DNA from: a virus
Direction: 5' to 3' (one strand)
Length of the DNA stretch: 64,000 nucleotides
IMG/VR virus record: IMGVR_UViG_3300048582_000136
Location: 1-64,000 of that record
Shown one piece after another: positions 17,204-26,700 of this stretch. A model generated the notes under the pieces. The model saw only the letters and a program-made list of their open reading frames with translations. It did not search any database and was not told the origin of the DNA. Positions within the stretch are counted from its first letter, which is position 1, and each line of letters opens with the position of its first letter. The translations under genes were made by a program, and so were the position numbers.

Positions 17204-18205
17204 ATGAACCAGATTACAAACAACAGCGGCTTCGGCCTGGCCATGGCCGTCTGGCTGGCCCATGACGAATACGATGCCGGAGAGAATCTCTTCCCCGGCA
17301 AGCCTGTGCTCTCCGTCACATCGCTTCTGAAGCCAACTCGGCAACTCATCCTGAGCAACCGGGTTCCCCCTTCCCAGCGGACCTCGGATGTAGCTGACCT
17401 CATCGCCTCTCGCTATGGGCATGCCATTCACGATTCTATCGAGACTGCCTGGCGGACTGGCTACAGGGAATCTCTGAAGAAACTGGGCCATCCTCAGAAG
17501 ATGATCGACCGGATCGTCATCAACCCGACCGATGCCATGCTCAAGGCCAACCCGGATCTTCTGCCAGTCTACCTAGAGCAACGCTTCTACCGGGAGTTCG
17601 ACGGGGTCGTCATCTCGGGCAAGTTCGATGCGATCATCGACGGCGAGGTCAACGACATCAAGACCACCTCGGCCTACACCTGGGTCCACAATCGCAAGGA
17701 TGATGACTACCAGCTGCAGGGCTCGCTCTACCGCTGGATCAATCCTGACAAGGTTACCTCCGACGTCATGCGGATCCAGCACGTCTTCACCGACTGGCAA
17801 CGGGCTCAGGCCAAGATCAACCCGGCCTACCCACAGAACCGCGTCTCCGAGAAGACCATCAAGCTCCTCTCCCTCAAGGAGACCGAGCAATGGCTCCGGG
17901 CAAAGTTCGCCGAGCTCCGAGCCAACGACATGCTCCCGGAAGACCAGATGATCCGCTGTTCCGACAAGGATCTCTGGCGCTCTGAGCCTGAGTTCAAATA
18001 CTACGCCGACCCCACCAAAGCGAGCCAAGGTGGCCGGTCGACGAAGAACTTCGACACCCTCGTCGCCGCCAATGCCTACTGCGCCAAGCAGGGCAAAGGC
18101 GTCGTCGTCACCATCCCCTCGAAGGTCAAGGCCTGCTCATACTGCCCGGCATTCGACCTTTGCAGCCAACAGAAAGAGTATGCGGACGATCATGAAAGAT
18201 CTTGA
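17204..18205 (+). CDS. PD-(D/E)XK nuclease with Cys cluster (N4 gp42-like)
   Basis: SGKFD...DIKTT...QGSLY; C-terminal C..YC...C. Confidence 0.85.
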   Translation: MNQITNNSGFGLAMAVWLAHDEYDAGENLFPGKPVLSVTSLLKPTRQLILSNRVPPSQRTSDVADLIASRYGHAIHDSIETAWRTGYRESLKKLGHPQKMIDRIVINPTDAMLKANPDLLPVYLEQRFYREFDGVVISGKFDAIIDGEVNDIKTTSAYTWVHNRKDDDYQLQGSLYRWINPDKVTSDVMRIQHVFTDWQRAQAKINPAYPQNRVSEKTIKLLSLKETEQWLRAKFAELRANDMLPEDQMIRCSDKDLWRSEPEFKYYADPTKASQGGRSTKNFDTLVAANAYCAKQGKGVVVTIPSKVKACSYCPAFDLCSQQKEYADDHERS

Positions 18206-20339
18206 CCAGATCCCCCACCACCCGGCGATCGAAGCTCTGGTGGACACCCTCTGCAGCAAGACCCAAAACAGCGACCGGAGCTTCTTCCGTATCGTCGCTG
18301 CCTACTTCCTGGCCAAGATGGCGGCATCCATGCGAGCCAAGATCCTGACCAAGGACCGGGGCGAGATTCCAGTGAACGTCTATGCCGTGGCTCTGGCCAC
18401 TTCGGGCTTCGGCAAAGGCCATTCGGTCAACATCCTGGAGACCGATTTCCTGGGCAAGTTCCGCAAGCGCTTCATGGAAGACACCTTCCCGCTGATCGCT
18501 GACGATCACCTCTGGAAGCGTGCCATCGAAATGGCCGCAACCCTCAGCACCCCGGAAGCTGATGAGAAAGAGAAGCTCGACAAGGAGTTCCAGCGTCTCG
18601 GTGCCCTGGCTTTCTCCTTCGACTCTGGCACTCCGGCCGCCATCAAGCAAATGCGCCAGAAGCTCCTCATGGCCAACATCGGCGCCATCAATTTCCAGAT
18701 GGACGAGATCGGCTCCAACCTGTCGAAGAACGAGGACGTGCTCGATCTCTACCTCGAGCTCTACGACCAGGGTATCGTCAAACAGAAGCTGACAAAGAAC
18801 ACCAACGAGAATCAGCGCGGCGAAGAGATCGAAGGGAAGACGCCCACCAATGCGCTTCTCTTCGGGACGCCGGCCAAGCTTCTCGATGGGGGTCCGATCG
18901 AGGACCTTTTCTACAGCTTCCTCGACACAGGCTATGCCCGTCGCTGCATCTTCGGCTGGGGCGTCTACAAGCGAGCTGATGACACCAGAACCGCGGCCGA
19001 AATCTACGCCCAGCGGATCCAACCCCAGATCGCTGCCACGGCTAACGTCTGGGCAGACCACTTCGAGCTCCTGGCCGATCCGGTCAAGTTCGACTGGAAG
19101 ATGGAAGTCGACGATCCCGTCGGCATCGAGCTTCTCGACTACAAGATGACCTGTGAGCGTCTGGCCGACAAGTTGCCGGAGCATGAGGAGATCCGCAAAG
19201 CGGAGCTCTCTCACCGCTACTTCAAGGCCCTGAAGCTTGCCGGCGCCTTCGCCTTTGTCGAAGAGAGCCCGGAAGTCACCATGGATCACCTCTACTCAGC
19301 TATCAAGCTCGTTGAGGAATCCGGCCTGGCCTTCGACAAGATGATGACCCGTGAGAAGAACTACGTTCGCCTCGCCAAATACATCGCGTCGGTGAAGACA
19401 GACCTCACCCAAGCGGACATCCAGGAAGCCCTGCCCTTCTTCAAGGGCTCGACTGGTCACCGCAACGACATGATGAACCTGGCGGCGAGCTGGGGCTACA
19501 AGCGTCACATCATCATCCGGAAGACCTTCAACGACGGGATCGAATTCTACTCCGGGGAGACCCTGGAAGAGACCGATACCAACAAGATCCGTATCTCCTG
19601 GTCGGATCACTTCGCCTACAACTACCAGACCGAAGAAGCCCCGTTCGACCAGCTCCACAAAATGACCCAAGCTCAGGGTCTTCACTGGGCAAACCACGGC
19701 TTCCAAGGTGGTCATCGGTCAGAAGAGAAAACCATTCCTGGCTTCAATCTTCTGGCGATCGATGTCGATGGAGGCGTCTCTCTCTCCACGGTTCATGACC
19801 TGATGAAAGACTATCAGTTCATGACCTATACCACCAAGCGCCACAACGATCAGGAGAACCGCTTCCGACTGATGCTCCCGATCAACTATGTGCTGCACCT
19901 CGACCACGAGGACTACAAGCAGTTCATGAACAACGTGATGCTGTGGCTCCCCTTCAAGACCGACGAGTCTGCCAACCAGCGGTCGAAAAAGTGGGAAACC
20001 TTCCCTGGCACCTACCACTACAATCTCCAGGGAGAGATCTTCGACTGCCTGCCGTTCATCCCCAAGACCTCGAAGAACGAGAGCTACCAGCGGGACATGA
20101 AGCCCCTGGAATCCCTCGACAACCTCGAGCGTTGGTTTGCCCAGCACATTGCCTCGGGCAACCGCAACAACCAGATGCTCCGCTATGCTATGGCTCTGGC
20201 TGACAGCGGGATGAACTTCATCGAGATCGAACGAAGTGTTCTCAGCTTCAATGCGCGGCTCAACAGCCCGCTCGACTCTGAAGAACTCCGCAATACCGTT
20301 CTCGTATCAGTGGCGAAGAAGCTCGCAAAAGCAGCTTGA
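18192..20339 (+). CDS. DNA primase/replication protein (N4 gp43-like)
   Basis: SGFGKG P-loop, DVDGG AEP-like motif, YTTKRH, C-terminal GNRNNQM PriCT-like; ATG 18192. Confidence 0.85.
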   Translation: MKDLDQIPHHPAIEALVDTLCSKTQNSDRSFFRIVAAYFLAKMAASMRAKILTKDRGEIPVNVYAVALATSGFGKGHSVNILETDFLGKFRKRFMEDTFPLIADDHLWKRAIEMAATLSTPEADEKEKLDKEFQRLGALAFSFDSGTPAAIKQMRQKLLMANIGAINFQMDEIGSNLSKNEDVLDLYLELYDQGIVKQKLTKNTNENQRGEEIEGKTPTNALLFGTPAKLLDGGPIEDLFYSFLDTGYARRCIFGWGVYKRADDTRTAAEIYAQRIQPQIAATANVWADHFELLADPVKFDWKMEVDDPVGIELLDYKMTCERLADKLPEHEEIRKAELSHRYFKALKLAGAFAFVEESPEVTMDHLYSAIKLVEESGLAFDKMMTREKNYVRLAKYIASVKTDLTQADIQEALPFFKGSTGHRNDMMNLAASWGYKRHIIIRKTFNDGIEFYSGETLEETDTNKIRISWSDHFAYNYQTEEAPFDQLHKMTQAQGLHWANHGFQGGHRSEEKTIPGFNLLAIDVDGGVSLSTVHDLMKDYQFMTYTTKRHNDQENRFRLMLPINYVLHLDHEDYKQFMNNVMLWLPFKTDESANQRSKKWETFPGTYHYNLQGEIFDCLPFIPKTSKNESYQRDMKPLESLDNLERWFAQHIASGNRNNQMLRYAMALADSGMNFIEIERSVLSFNARLNSPLDSEELRNTVLVSVAKKLAKAA

Positions 20340-20463
20340 TCTAGTCCAAAGATCATGTAGAAAAAGATCTCCGGTCACCGACCGGGGATCAACCCCGATC
20401 CTGATTCGTTTTCTTGGGTCTTGAACCCACAACAATGATCCCCCGGATCATAGAGGAGACCCC

Positions 20464-21192
20464 ATGTCTGATGCTATCAACGATCAGCTCGTCCTGATCG
20501 CTGGAGAAAGCGCCACTGGCAAATCCGCCAGTCTCGCCAATCTTCCGAACCAAGAGAAAGTGATGTATCTGAACTGCGAAGCCGGCAAGCGCCTGCCCTT
20601 TCGCAACAAGTTCAAGAACTTCACCATCACGGACCCTTACCAGGTCCACGAAGCTTTCGATCACGCCAAGGGCAATCCCGCCTACGACGTCATCGTCATC
20701 GATACTCTGACCTTTCTCCTCGACATGTTCGAGACGCAGTATGTCCTGCCCTCGACCAATACCATGCAGGCCTGGGGAGCCTACGGTCAGTATTTCAAGA
20801 TCCTCATGCAGGAAAAAGTCGCCAGCTCGGACAAGTCGGTGATCATCCTGGCTCACACTCGGGCAGAGCTCGACGAGAAAGCCATGGAGATGAAGGTGTC
20901 CGTCCCCGTTAAGGGGGCGCTCAAGAACAACGGCGTCGAAGCCTATTTCTCGACCGTCGTTGCGACAAAAAAGGTCTCGCTCAAGGATCTGGAATCCTAC
21001 CAGTCCGATCTCCTGCACATCACTGAGCAAGACCAAATGCTTGGATACAAGCACGTTTTCCAGACCCAGCTGACCAAAGGCACCATCGGTGAACGCATCC
21101 GTTCTCCCATGGGCATGTTCAGCCGGGCGGAGACCTACATGGACAACGACTGCGGACTGCTCCTGAAGCATCTCCGCGAATACTACGCTTGA
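20464..21192 (+). CDS. AAA_24/Sak4-like P-loop protein (N4 gp44-like)
   Basis: GESATGKS, IVIDTLT, ILAH, RSPMGMF. Confidence 0.85.
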   Translation: MSDAINDQLVLIAGESATGKSASLANLPNQEKVMYLNCEAGKRLPFRNKFKNFTITDPYQVHEAFDHAKGNPAYDVIVIDTLTFLLDMFETQYVLPSTNTMQAWGAYGQYFKILMQEKVASSDKSVIILAHTRAELDEKAMEMKVSVPVKGALKNNGVEAYFSTVVATKKVSLKDLESYQSDLLHITEQDQMLGYKHVFQTQLTKGTIGERIRSPMGMFSRAETYMDNDCGLLLKHLREYYA

Positions 21193-21205
21193 GGAAGGAA
21201 TCCCT

Positions 21206-21949
21206 ATGAGCAAGCTTTTCGGAAATCTGAACACCGAGGGTGCGGAAAAAGTCGTCGATCGTGTCGGCGGCGGTGGCACCGTCCCGACCGGTATCCACAC
21301 CGGCACCATCAAGGCAGCCTATGCTGGCAAGTCGGACGGCGGCGCCAACTCGATCACCATTCTCGCCGATCTCGGCGGCCGTGAGCTTCGTGTCACCGAA
21401 TGGGTCACGAACAAGGCCGGCCAGAACACCTGGCAGGACAAGCAGGACAAGACCAAGAAGCACCTGCTCCCTGGCTTCATCACGGTCAACGACCTCTGCC
21501 TGCTTCTGGCCGACGCTGAGCTGAGCGACATGGACTTCGAGGAGAAGGTCCTGAAGCTCTACGACTACGACGCCAAGAAGGAGATCCCGACCAACGTTCA
21601 AGTCATCGCCGGCCTCACCGGGAAACCGGTCACCCTCGCTGTCGTCGAACAAATCGTCGACAAGACGAAGAAGAACGAAGCCACCGGGGAATACGAGCCC
21701 ACGGGTGAAACCCGCAACGAGAACATCATCGAAAAGGTGCTCCACTCGGACATGCGGACGGTGACCGAGATCCGTGAGGGTGTCACCGAAGCTGGCTGGG
21801 CTCCCAAGTGGCTCGAAAAGAACGCCGGCAAGACCCGCAACAAGGCCAAGGGTGCAGACGGCAAGACCGGTGCTCCTGGCGGCCGTGGAGCGCCTGCTGC
21901 AGGTGGGACGAGCCAGGCTCCGAAGTCCTCGCTTTTCGGCGCCAAGTGA
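21206..21949 (+). CDS. ssb: single-stranded DNA-binding protein / late activator (N4 gp45-like)
   Basis: Position after gp44; LPGF.TVNDLC; Gly/Ala tail ending KSSLFGAK. Confidence 0.8.
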   Translation: MSKLFGNLNTEGAEKVVDRVGGGGTVPTGIHTGTIKAAYAGKSDGGANSITILADLGGRELRVTEWVTNKAGQNTWQDKQDKTKKHLLPGFITVNDLCLLLADAELSDMDFEEKVLKLYDYDAKKEIPTNVQVIAGLTGKPVTLAVVEQIVDKTKKNEATGEYEPTGETRNENIIEKVLHSDMRTVTEIREGVTEAGWAPKWLEKNAGKTRNKAKGADGKTGAPGGRGAPAAGGTSQAPKSSLFGAK

Positions 21950-22431
21950 TCGTCGGCATCGATCCTGGATTGAGTGGGGCTATTGCCCTGCTCAATCCTA
22001 CCACCAGGGAAGTGGAGATCCACGACATGCCGCTCGTTGCCTCAAAAGCAGGGCGGTCTGAAACGGATCTCCACAATCTGGCTCGTCTCCTCGTCCCACG
22101 AGGAGTGTTCAACATCGCCATCCTGGAACAGGTGCATGCCATGCCCAAGCAAGGCTCTGCATCGACCTTCCGGTTTGGCCAAAACTACGGGGCCTGTCAG
22201 ATGGCCATATCTGGTCACGGCTACGACGTGCGCGATGTCACCCCGCAATCCTGGAAGAAACACTTCCGTCTTGGCTCCGATGGCAATGCCAGCCGAGCCC
22301 TCGCCATGCAGCGCTTTCCCTCTCTTGCGGAAGCCCTGAAGCGTGTCAAAGACCACAACCGCGCAGAGGCGGTCCTTCTGGCTCTCTATGGCCTGGAGGT
22401 CGTCTACCCGACCTACCTACCCCATTCTTGA
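21946..22431 (+). CDS. RuvC-like Holliday junction resolvase
   Basis: IVGIDPGLSGA, ILEQV, FRFG..YG, PQSWK, AEA.LLA; GTGA overlap. Confidence 0.88.
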   Translation: MIVGIDPGLSGAIALLNPTTREVEIHDMPLVASKAGRSETDLHNLARLLVPRGVFNIAILEQVHAMPKQGSASTFRFGQNYGACQMAISGHGYDVRDVTPQSWKKHFRLGSDGNASRALAMQRFPSLAEALKRVKDHNRAEAVLLALYGLEVVYPTYLPHS

Positions 22432-22442
22432 GGAATTCTCCG

Positions 22443-22922
22443 ATGCAGATCATCTTCGACGAAGACGACATCAAGGCGGCTCTGACCGCTCACGCCACCT
22501 CCATGGTCACCATCAAGGACGACATGGAAATCACCATCGACATGAAGGCTGGCCGCGGTGAGAACGGCTACAGCGCCACGCTGAACATCCAGCCGAAACC
22601 GGCTCCGGTTGTTACCAAGATCACCACTCGTGGAACCAAAGCAGCTGCTACCCCGGCTGCTGAGCCCACCCCTGTTCCTGCCGTTTCGCCGGCCAAAGCG
22701 CTCTTCTCGAAGCCGACTCCGGTTGCAGTCGAAGCTACCCCTGAGCCAGTCCCTGAAGAGGCTCCAGAAGCCGCCAACGACGTGATCCCGGCTGGCATCT
22801 CGACCGGCGAAGACCGTGGTGAGCAGGAAGACGCCATCTCGGCCGACGTCGATGCCATTCCCGATGAGACTCCTGCTGAGAAGCCGAAGTCGATCTTCAA
22901 CTTCGCCAAGACCGGGGCGTAA
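22443..22922 (+). CDS. N4-like hypothetical protein with Pro/Ala/acidic low-complexity tail
   Basis: GAGG RBS; AGRGENG.SA motif; ends KSIFNF. Confidence 0.7.
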   Translation: MQIIFDEDDIKAALTAHATSMVTIKDDMEITIDMKAGRGENGYSATLNIQPKPAPVVTKITTRGTKAAATPAAEPTPVPAVSPAKALFSKPTPVAVEATPEPVPEEAPEAANDVIPAGISTGEDRGEQEDAISADVDAIPDETPAEKPKSIFNFAKTGA

Positions 22923-23089
22923 TGGACCTGATCAAGGCAGCTCTCTTCGGGGCTGTCTTGATTGCCGGAGTGGTCATGCTCCCGGTCATCATTGCAGCTC
23001 TCACCTTCCTTGTCGGATATGCGATTCTGGTTGCAATCATTTGGTTTGTCTTCCAGATCGTGAAAGAGGAGCCAAAGCCTCCTGACTAG
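22922..23089 (+). CDS. small membrane protein (55 aa)
   Basis: MDLIKAALFGAVLIAGVVMLPVIIAALTFLVGYAILVAIIWFVFQIVKEEPKPPD*; TAATG coupling; below the ORF-track cutoff. Confidence 0.65.
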   Translation: MDLIKAALFGAVLIAGVVMLPVIIAALTFLVGYAILVAIIWFVFQIVKEEPKPPD

Positions 23090-23178
23090 ACCGGTGCCAC
23101 TCCTTCACCGGTTTCCGGGCCTCTCTCCTTCCACGGGAGAGGCCCATCCTTCCCCCAATACAAATCGGAAATGCACCC

Positions 23179-23352
23179 ATGAGTGGTTGGACCGTCGCTT
23201 TCATTCTCTACCTGATCCCTCTCCTGGTCAGCCTCGTCTCGAACAAGTCCAAGACGGTTCGGGATCCTGACCTGTGGGAAGCTATCCTTTGGCCGCCCCT
23301 CATGCTTATCGGAGCCGTAGTGCTCTACCTCGAAAACCGGAAAAACTCATGA
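23179..23352 (+). CDS. small membrane protein (57 aa)
   Basis: MSGWTVAFILYLIPLLVSLV...AILWPPLMLIGAVVLYLENRKNS*; two hydrophobic segments. Confidence 0.6.
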   Translation: MSGWTVAFILYLIPLLVSLVSNKSKTVRDPDLWEAILWPPLMLIGAVVLYLENRKNS

Positions 23353-23747
23353 GCACTCCCATCACTGTGCTCATGGGGACACCCATCTACTCCTGGAACA
23401 AGAAAGAAGTTTGGGCTTACTGGGCTGACAACTGCACTACCAATAGTCGCTATGTCCTTTTCAGAACAGTGCGCCAGTTTCTTGGTGATGACGAGCCTTC
23501 TCGCCAACCCGAAGTCTGCTGGAATGGCTCCATCTGGACTGTTGGTCCAGATACCACCCAAGCAGATCTTCATGACAGTCCACTCTTCTTCATCAACCCC
23601 ATGCAGGGGCCTCAAGCTCGGCTAGCAGCCATTCGCACGCTCAAAAATGACCCCAACTTCATGCGCTACTTTCAGCTACAGACAGATGGAATAGACGCCT
23701 ACGAGAGGTTTGCCGAAGCCAGAGCCAAAGATTCTGTCCCTTTCTGA
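23349..23747 (+). CDS. hypothetical protein
   Basis: ATGA overlap; converges on the vRNAP stop. Confidence 0.6.
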   Translation: MSTPITVLMGTPIYSWNKKEVWAYWADNCTTNSRYVLFRTVRQFLGDDEPSRQPEVCWNGSIWTVGPDTTQADLHDSPLFFINPMQGPQARLAAIRTLKNDPNFMRYFQLQTDGIDAYERFAEARAKDSVPF

Positions 23748-26700
23748 TCAGTTCATCAAGTTAACCCAGGGATGCAGGCTAGGCGCATTGAACGCCATGC
23801 CTGGTCCGATGGAATAGCCCAGACGACCATCAGCCGTCACTGACAAGAGGTTGTCCTCGATCGGCGAACCAAGGCTCAGACCCGGCACTTCCGGCATGAT
23901 CGGATTGCCCAGCGTCAGCATCAGAGCCCGGAACGGGTGGTTGATGATGTGCTGCCGCGCGATCTTGATCGACCGGAGCTTGAAGGCCGGGAACCAAACC
24001 AGACCCATCGCATCAGCATAGCTCCGCGTCCTGCCGGGCAGAAGGTTGTAGTTCACAAATTCTTCCGTGATCCCCTGGATCGCCTCGTCCTTCGACTTGC
24101 CCTGAACCCGCAGGTGATCGTAAAGAACACCCTTGGCCAGGAAGTCCCCATACTGCATGGCCCGAGCCATGCCTTGGAATAGAGCCGTGTCCCTGGTTAT
24201 AAAGGCATAGCGGCCAAAGTTCCCAAGCTTCGCCGGAACCTTGTCCATCAGACCCTGGATGTATTCCGCGTATTTACCGCTCGTCAGAGCAGCATCCGCA
24301 TCGGTCACACCCTCGGAAATCGAGGCAAATTCCCCTGCCTCGATGAGATCCCAGATCGACATCCGACGGTTGGCATCCTCGATCGACTTCAGCTCCGCCT
24401 GCAGCCGGCGCACTGCGTCGGGGTTGTTACGTTGGGCGGTGAGCTCGGCCTCGATGTCGATCCGGCGCTTCTCGTGCTTCTGATACTTGGTGATCTCCAG
24501 GAGCTTGGTCTGGTAGCCCTGATACATCTCCCTGACCCCGACACCGTGCATGGCGAGCTGCAGGAAGTTCGAAGCCATGTTGGCCATCGGGATCACGATC
24601 GACCGCACCACGATAGTCGACTTGACCACCGAAACCCCAGCCTGGATCGCTTTCTCCGACGTCGCCAGAACCTTGAAGGCATTGTCTCCGAAGACCGCCG
24701 TGGTGACCTTCCTGAAGCCTTCCTGCATCTCAGGGCGCATCCTCGAGATCCCGGTCCAGGGATCAGTGATCGAAGCTGCCCGGTAGCCCACAGCGTTGTT
24801 CAGCATGTCCTTGCGGATCGGGAACCCATCATCCCCGAAGACTTCCTTGATGTAGGCCCTGAGATCATTCGGCACCATCTCCCAGCTGTCGATGTGAACC
24901 TTATCTTGGCTCTGGGAGAGATCCACAAACTCGCTGGCCTTGGTTCCCTTGTCCCGGTCCCAGACCTTCTTCAGGTTGTCGATGAGGGTCTTGTTGAACT
25001 CCTGACCCAGCTCCTCTTCAGCCTGCCGGCCACGCCAGGCTCCGAGCATCTCGCCCATGTGGGTGTTCCGCTCCAGCATAGCCAGCGCGTGAGGGGCAAT
25101 ATGGCGTTCGTAGGCCACCACCTGACCCTTGGCATCATAGACGGGCAGAAGAGCCTCTACAGGCCCTTTCTGGACGTTCCTGAGCCGCTGCTGGATTATG
25201 CTCAAATATTTCCCCGAGATAACCCCTGCCGTGGCTCCAGTGACCGTCCTGCCAGTCCTGGGATCGATCCCCGCAGCCGACTGCTGGATCGTCTGCATGA
25301 CACCCTGAGTATAAGTGCCGTTGCCGGACACCGTCGAGAAGTAGTAGCCCTTCTTGCCCGACTCCACGCCAGCACCCTTGTAGTCACCCATTCGGGTGTA
25401 ACCCTGGGCCACCAGGCTATCGTGCTCGCTGTCATCCCGAACCAGAAGAGACACCCCATCAGCCCGCTCCGAAGGGATGTAGCCCTTGTAGTGGTTGAAC
25501 CTTGCCGCATCGGTCTGGATCTTGGCTTGTTCGTCCTGGGCTGTGGCCCAGAGGTAGCCTGTCAGGAAATCGATACCTTCAGCTTCGGTATCAGCCAGAA
25601 GAGCAACCCGGTTGATGTCGTCCTGCCCCACATTCTCCAGCGCGTAGAGGGTGGTCAGGATGTCGATCAGCTCGATGACGGCCGCATCATCCGTGCCTTT
25701 GCCGTTCTCGCCCATCAGGGCTGCAATGGCATTGGCGTTTCGCAGAAGGTTGTTGTTGGTCACCTCTCCGTTGACCATGAACTTCGCCAGCTCCTTGGCC
25801 TTGCGGAAAAAGGCGGCATGCGACCGGTGAGAGGCCTTCAGCTCGTCTTCCCGCTGCTGGATCTCCTGAGCCAGATAGGCCTTGTCAGTGACGAGCTTTC
25901 GCACGTCGGCGCCGGAGTAATACGCCCGCAGAGAACCCGCATCAGTCTTGCCCCAAACCAGATGCAAGGACGACCACTCTTCCGAGCTCAGCTCTCTGGT
26001 GAATTTCTCAGCGATCAGTCGGGGAACTTCTTCCCGGTAGTCCTGGCGCATGGCAGAGACCGCGGCTTTCACCTTGTTCACCAGACCCAAGACACCACGG
26101 TTCTCGTCGGTGATGCCGATGACTTCATTCATCAACTCTACCAGAGCCGTCGGAACCTTCTGAGCCTGATTGCCCATGCTCACCAGAGCGCTGCCCATGG
26201 CTTTGCCGCGGTTGTTATCGATTAGGGCTGCCACGATCGCAGCACCGTTACGGATGCTGGTCTTGATGGCGTTGCGTTGTTGGCCGAGGCTTTTCTGTGC
26301 CTCGTTGTCTGCCCATTGTCCGAGGCGCTCACCTGCCTTGGAGAGGAACTCTGCCGACTTGGCATCCAGCTTGTCTGCGAAGCCCTGGGTCTGCTTCTCG
26401 ATCCAGAGCCTGTCGTCCTTGTCAATTTCCGAGAGAACCAAAGACAGCCGGTCCAGGGCATCTTTCGTGCTCCTGGATCCAAGACCAGACCCACTGGCCG
26501 CCGTTGCCAGAGTATCGAGGCCAGAGTTGGCCACCGATGTCAGGAACTCGTCCATGCTCCCAAACGAGACCTGACGATCTTTCGGCAGCTCGATACGATC
26601 CAGAACCTTACGGAACTCAGGATCCACTTGGCTCAAAGCCAGGAAGGATGCGAGAAGGTTCGACCGCCCTTCAGGGTCGGTCTCATATCCGTATTTCCCC

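Noticed and set aside
20336-20350. FNR/FnrL box
   Set aside because: TTGAT-CTAG-TCCAA has two mismatches, and the other palindromes have the half-sites in the opposite orientation (ATCA...TGAT).
5243-22431. High GATC/TCGA frequency inside coding regions as a signal
   Set aside because: Explained by preferred ATC/GTC/CTC codons next to G-ending or GA-starting codons; only the intergenic clusters were kept.
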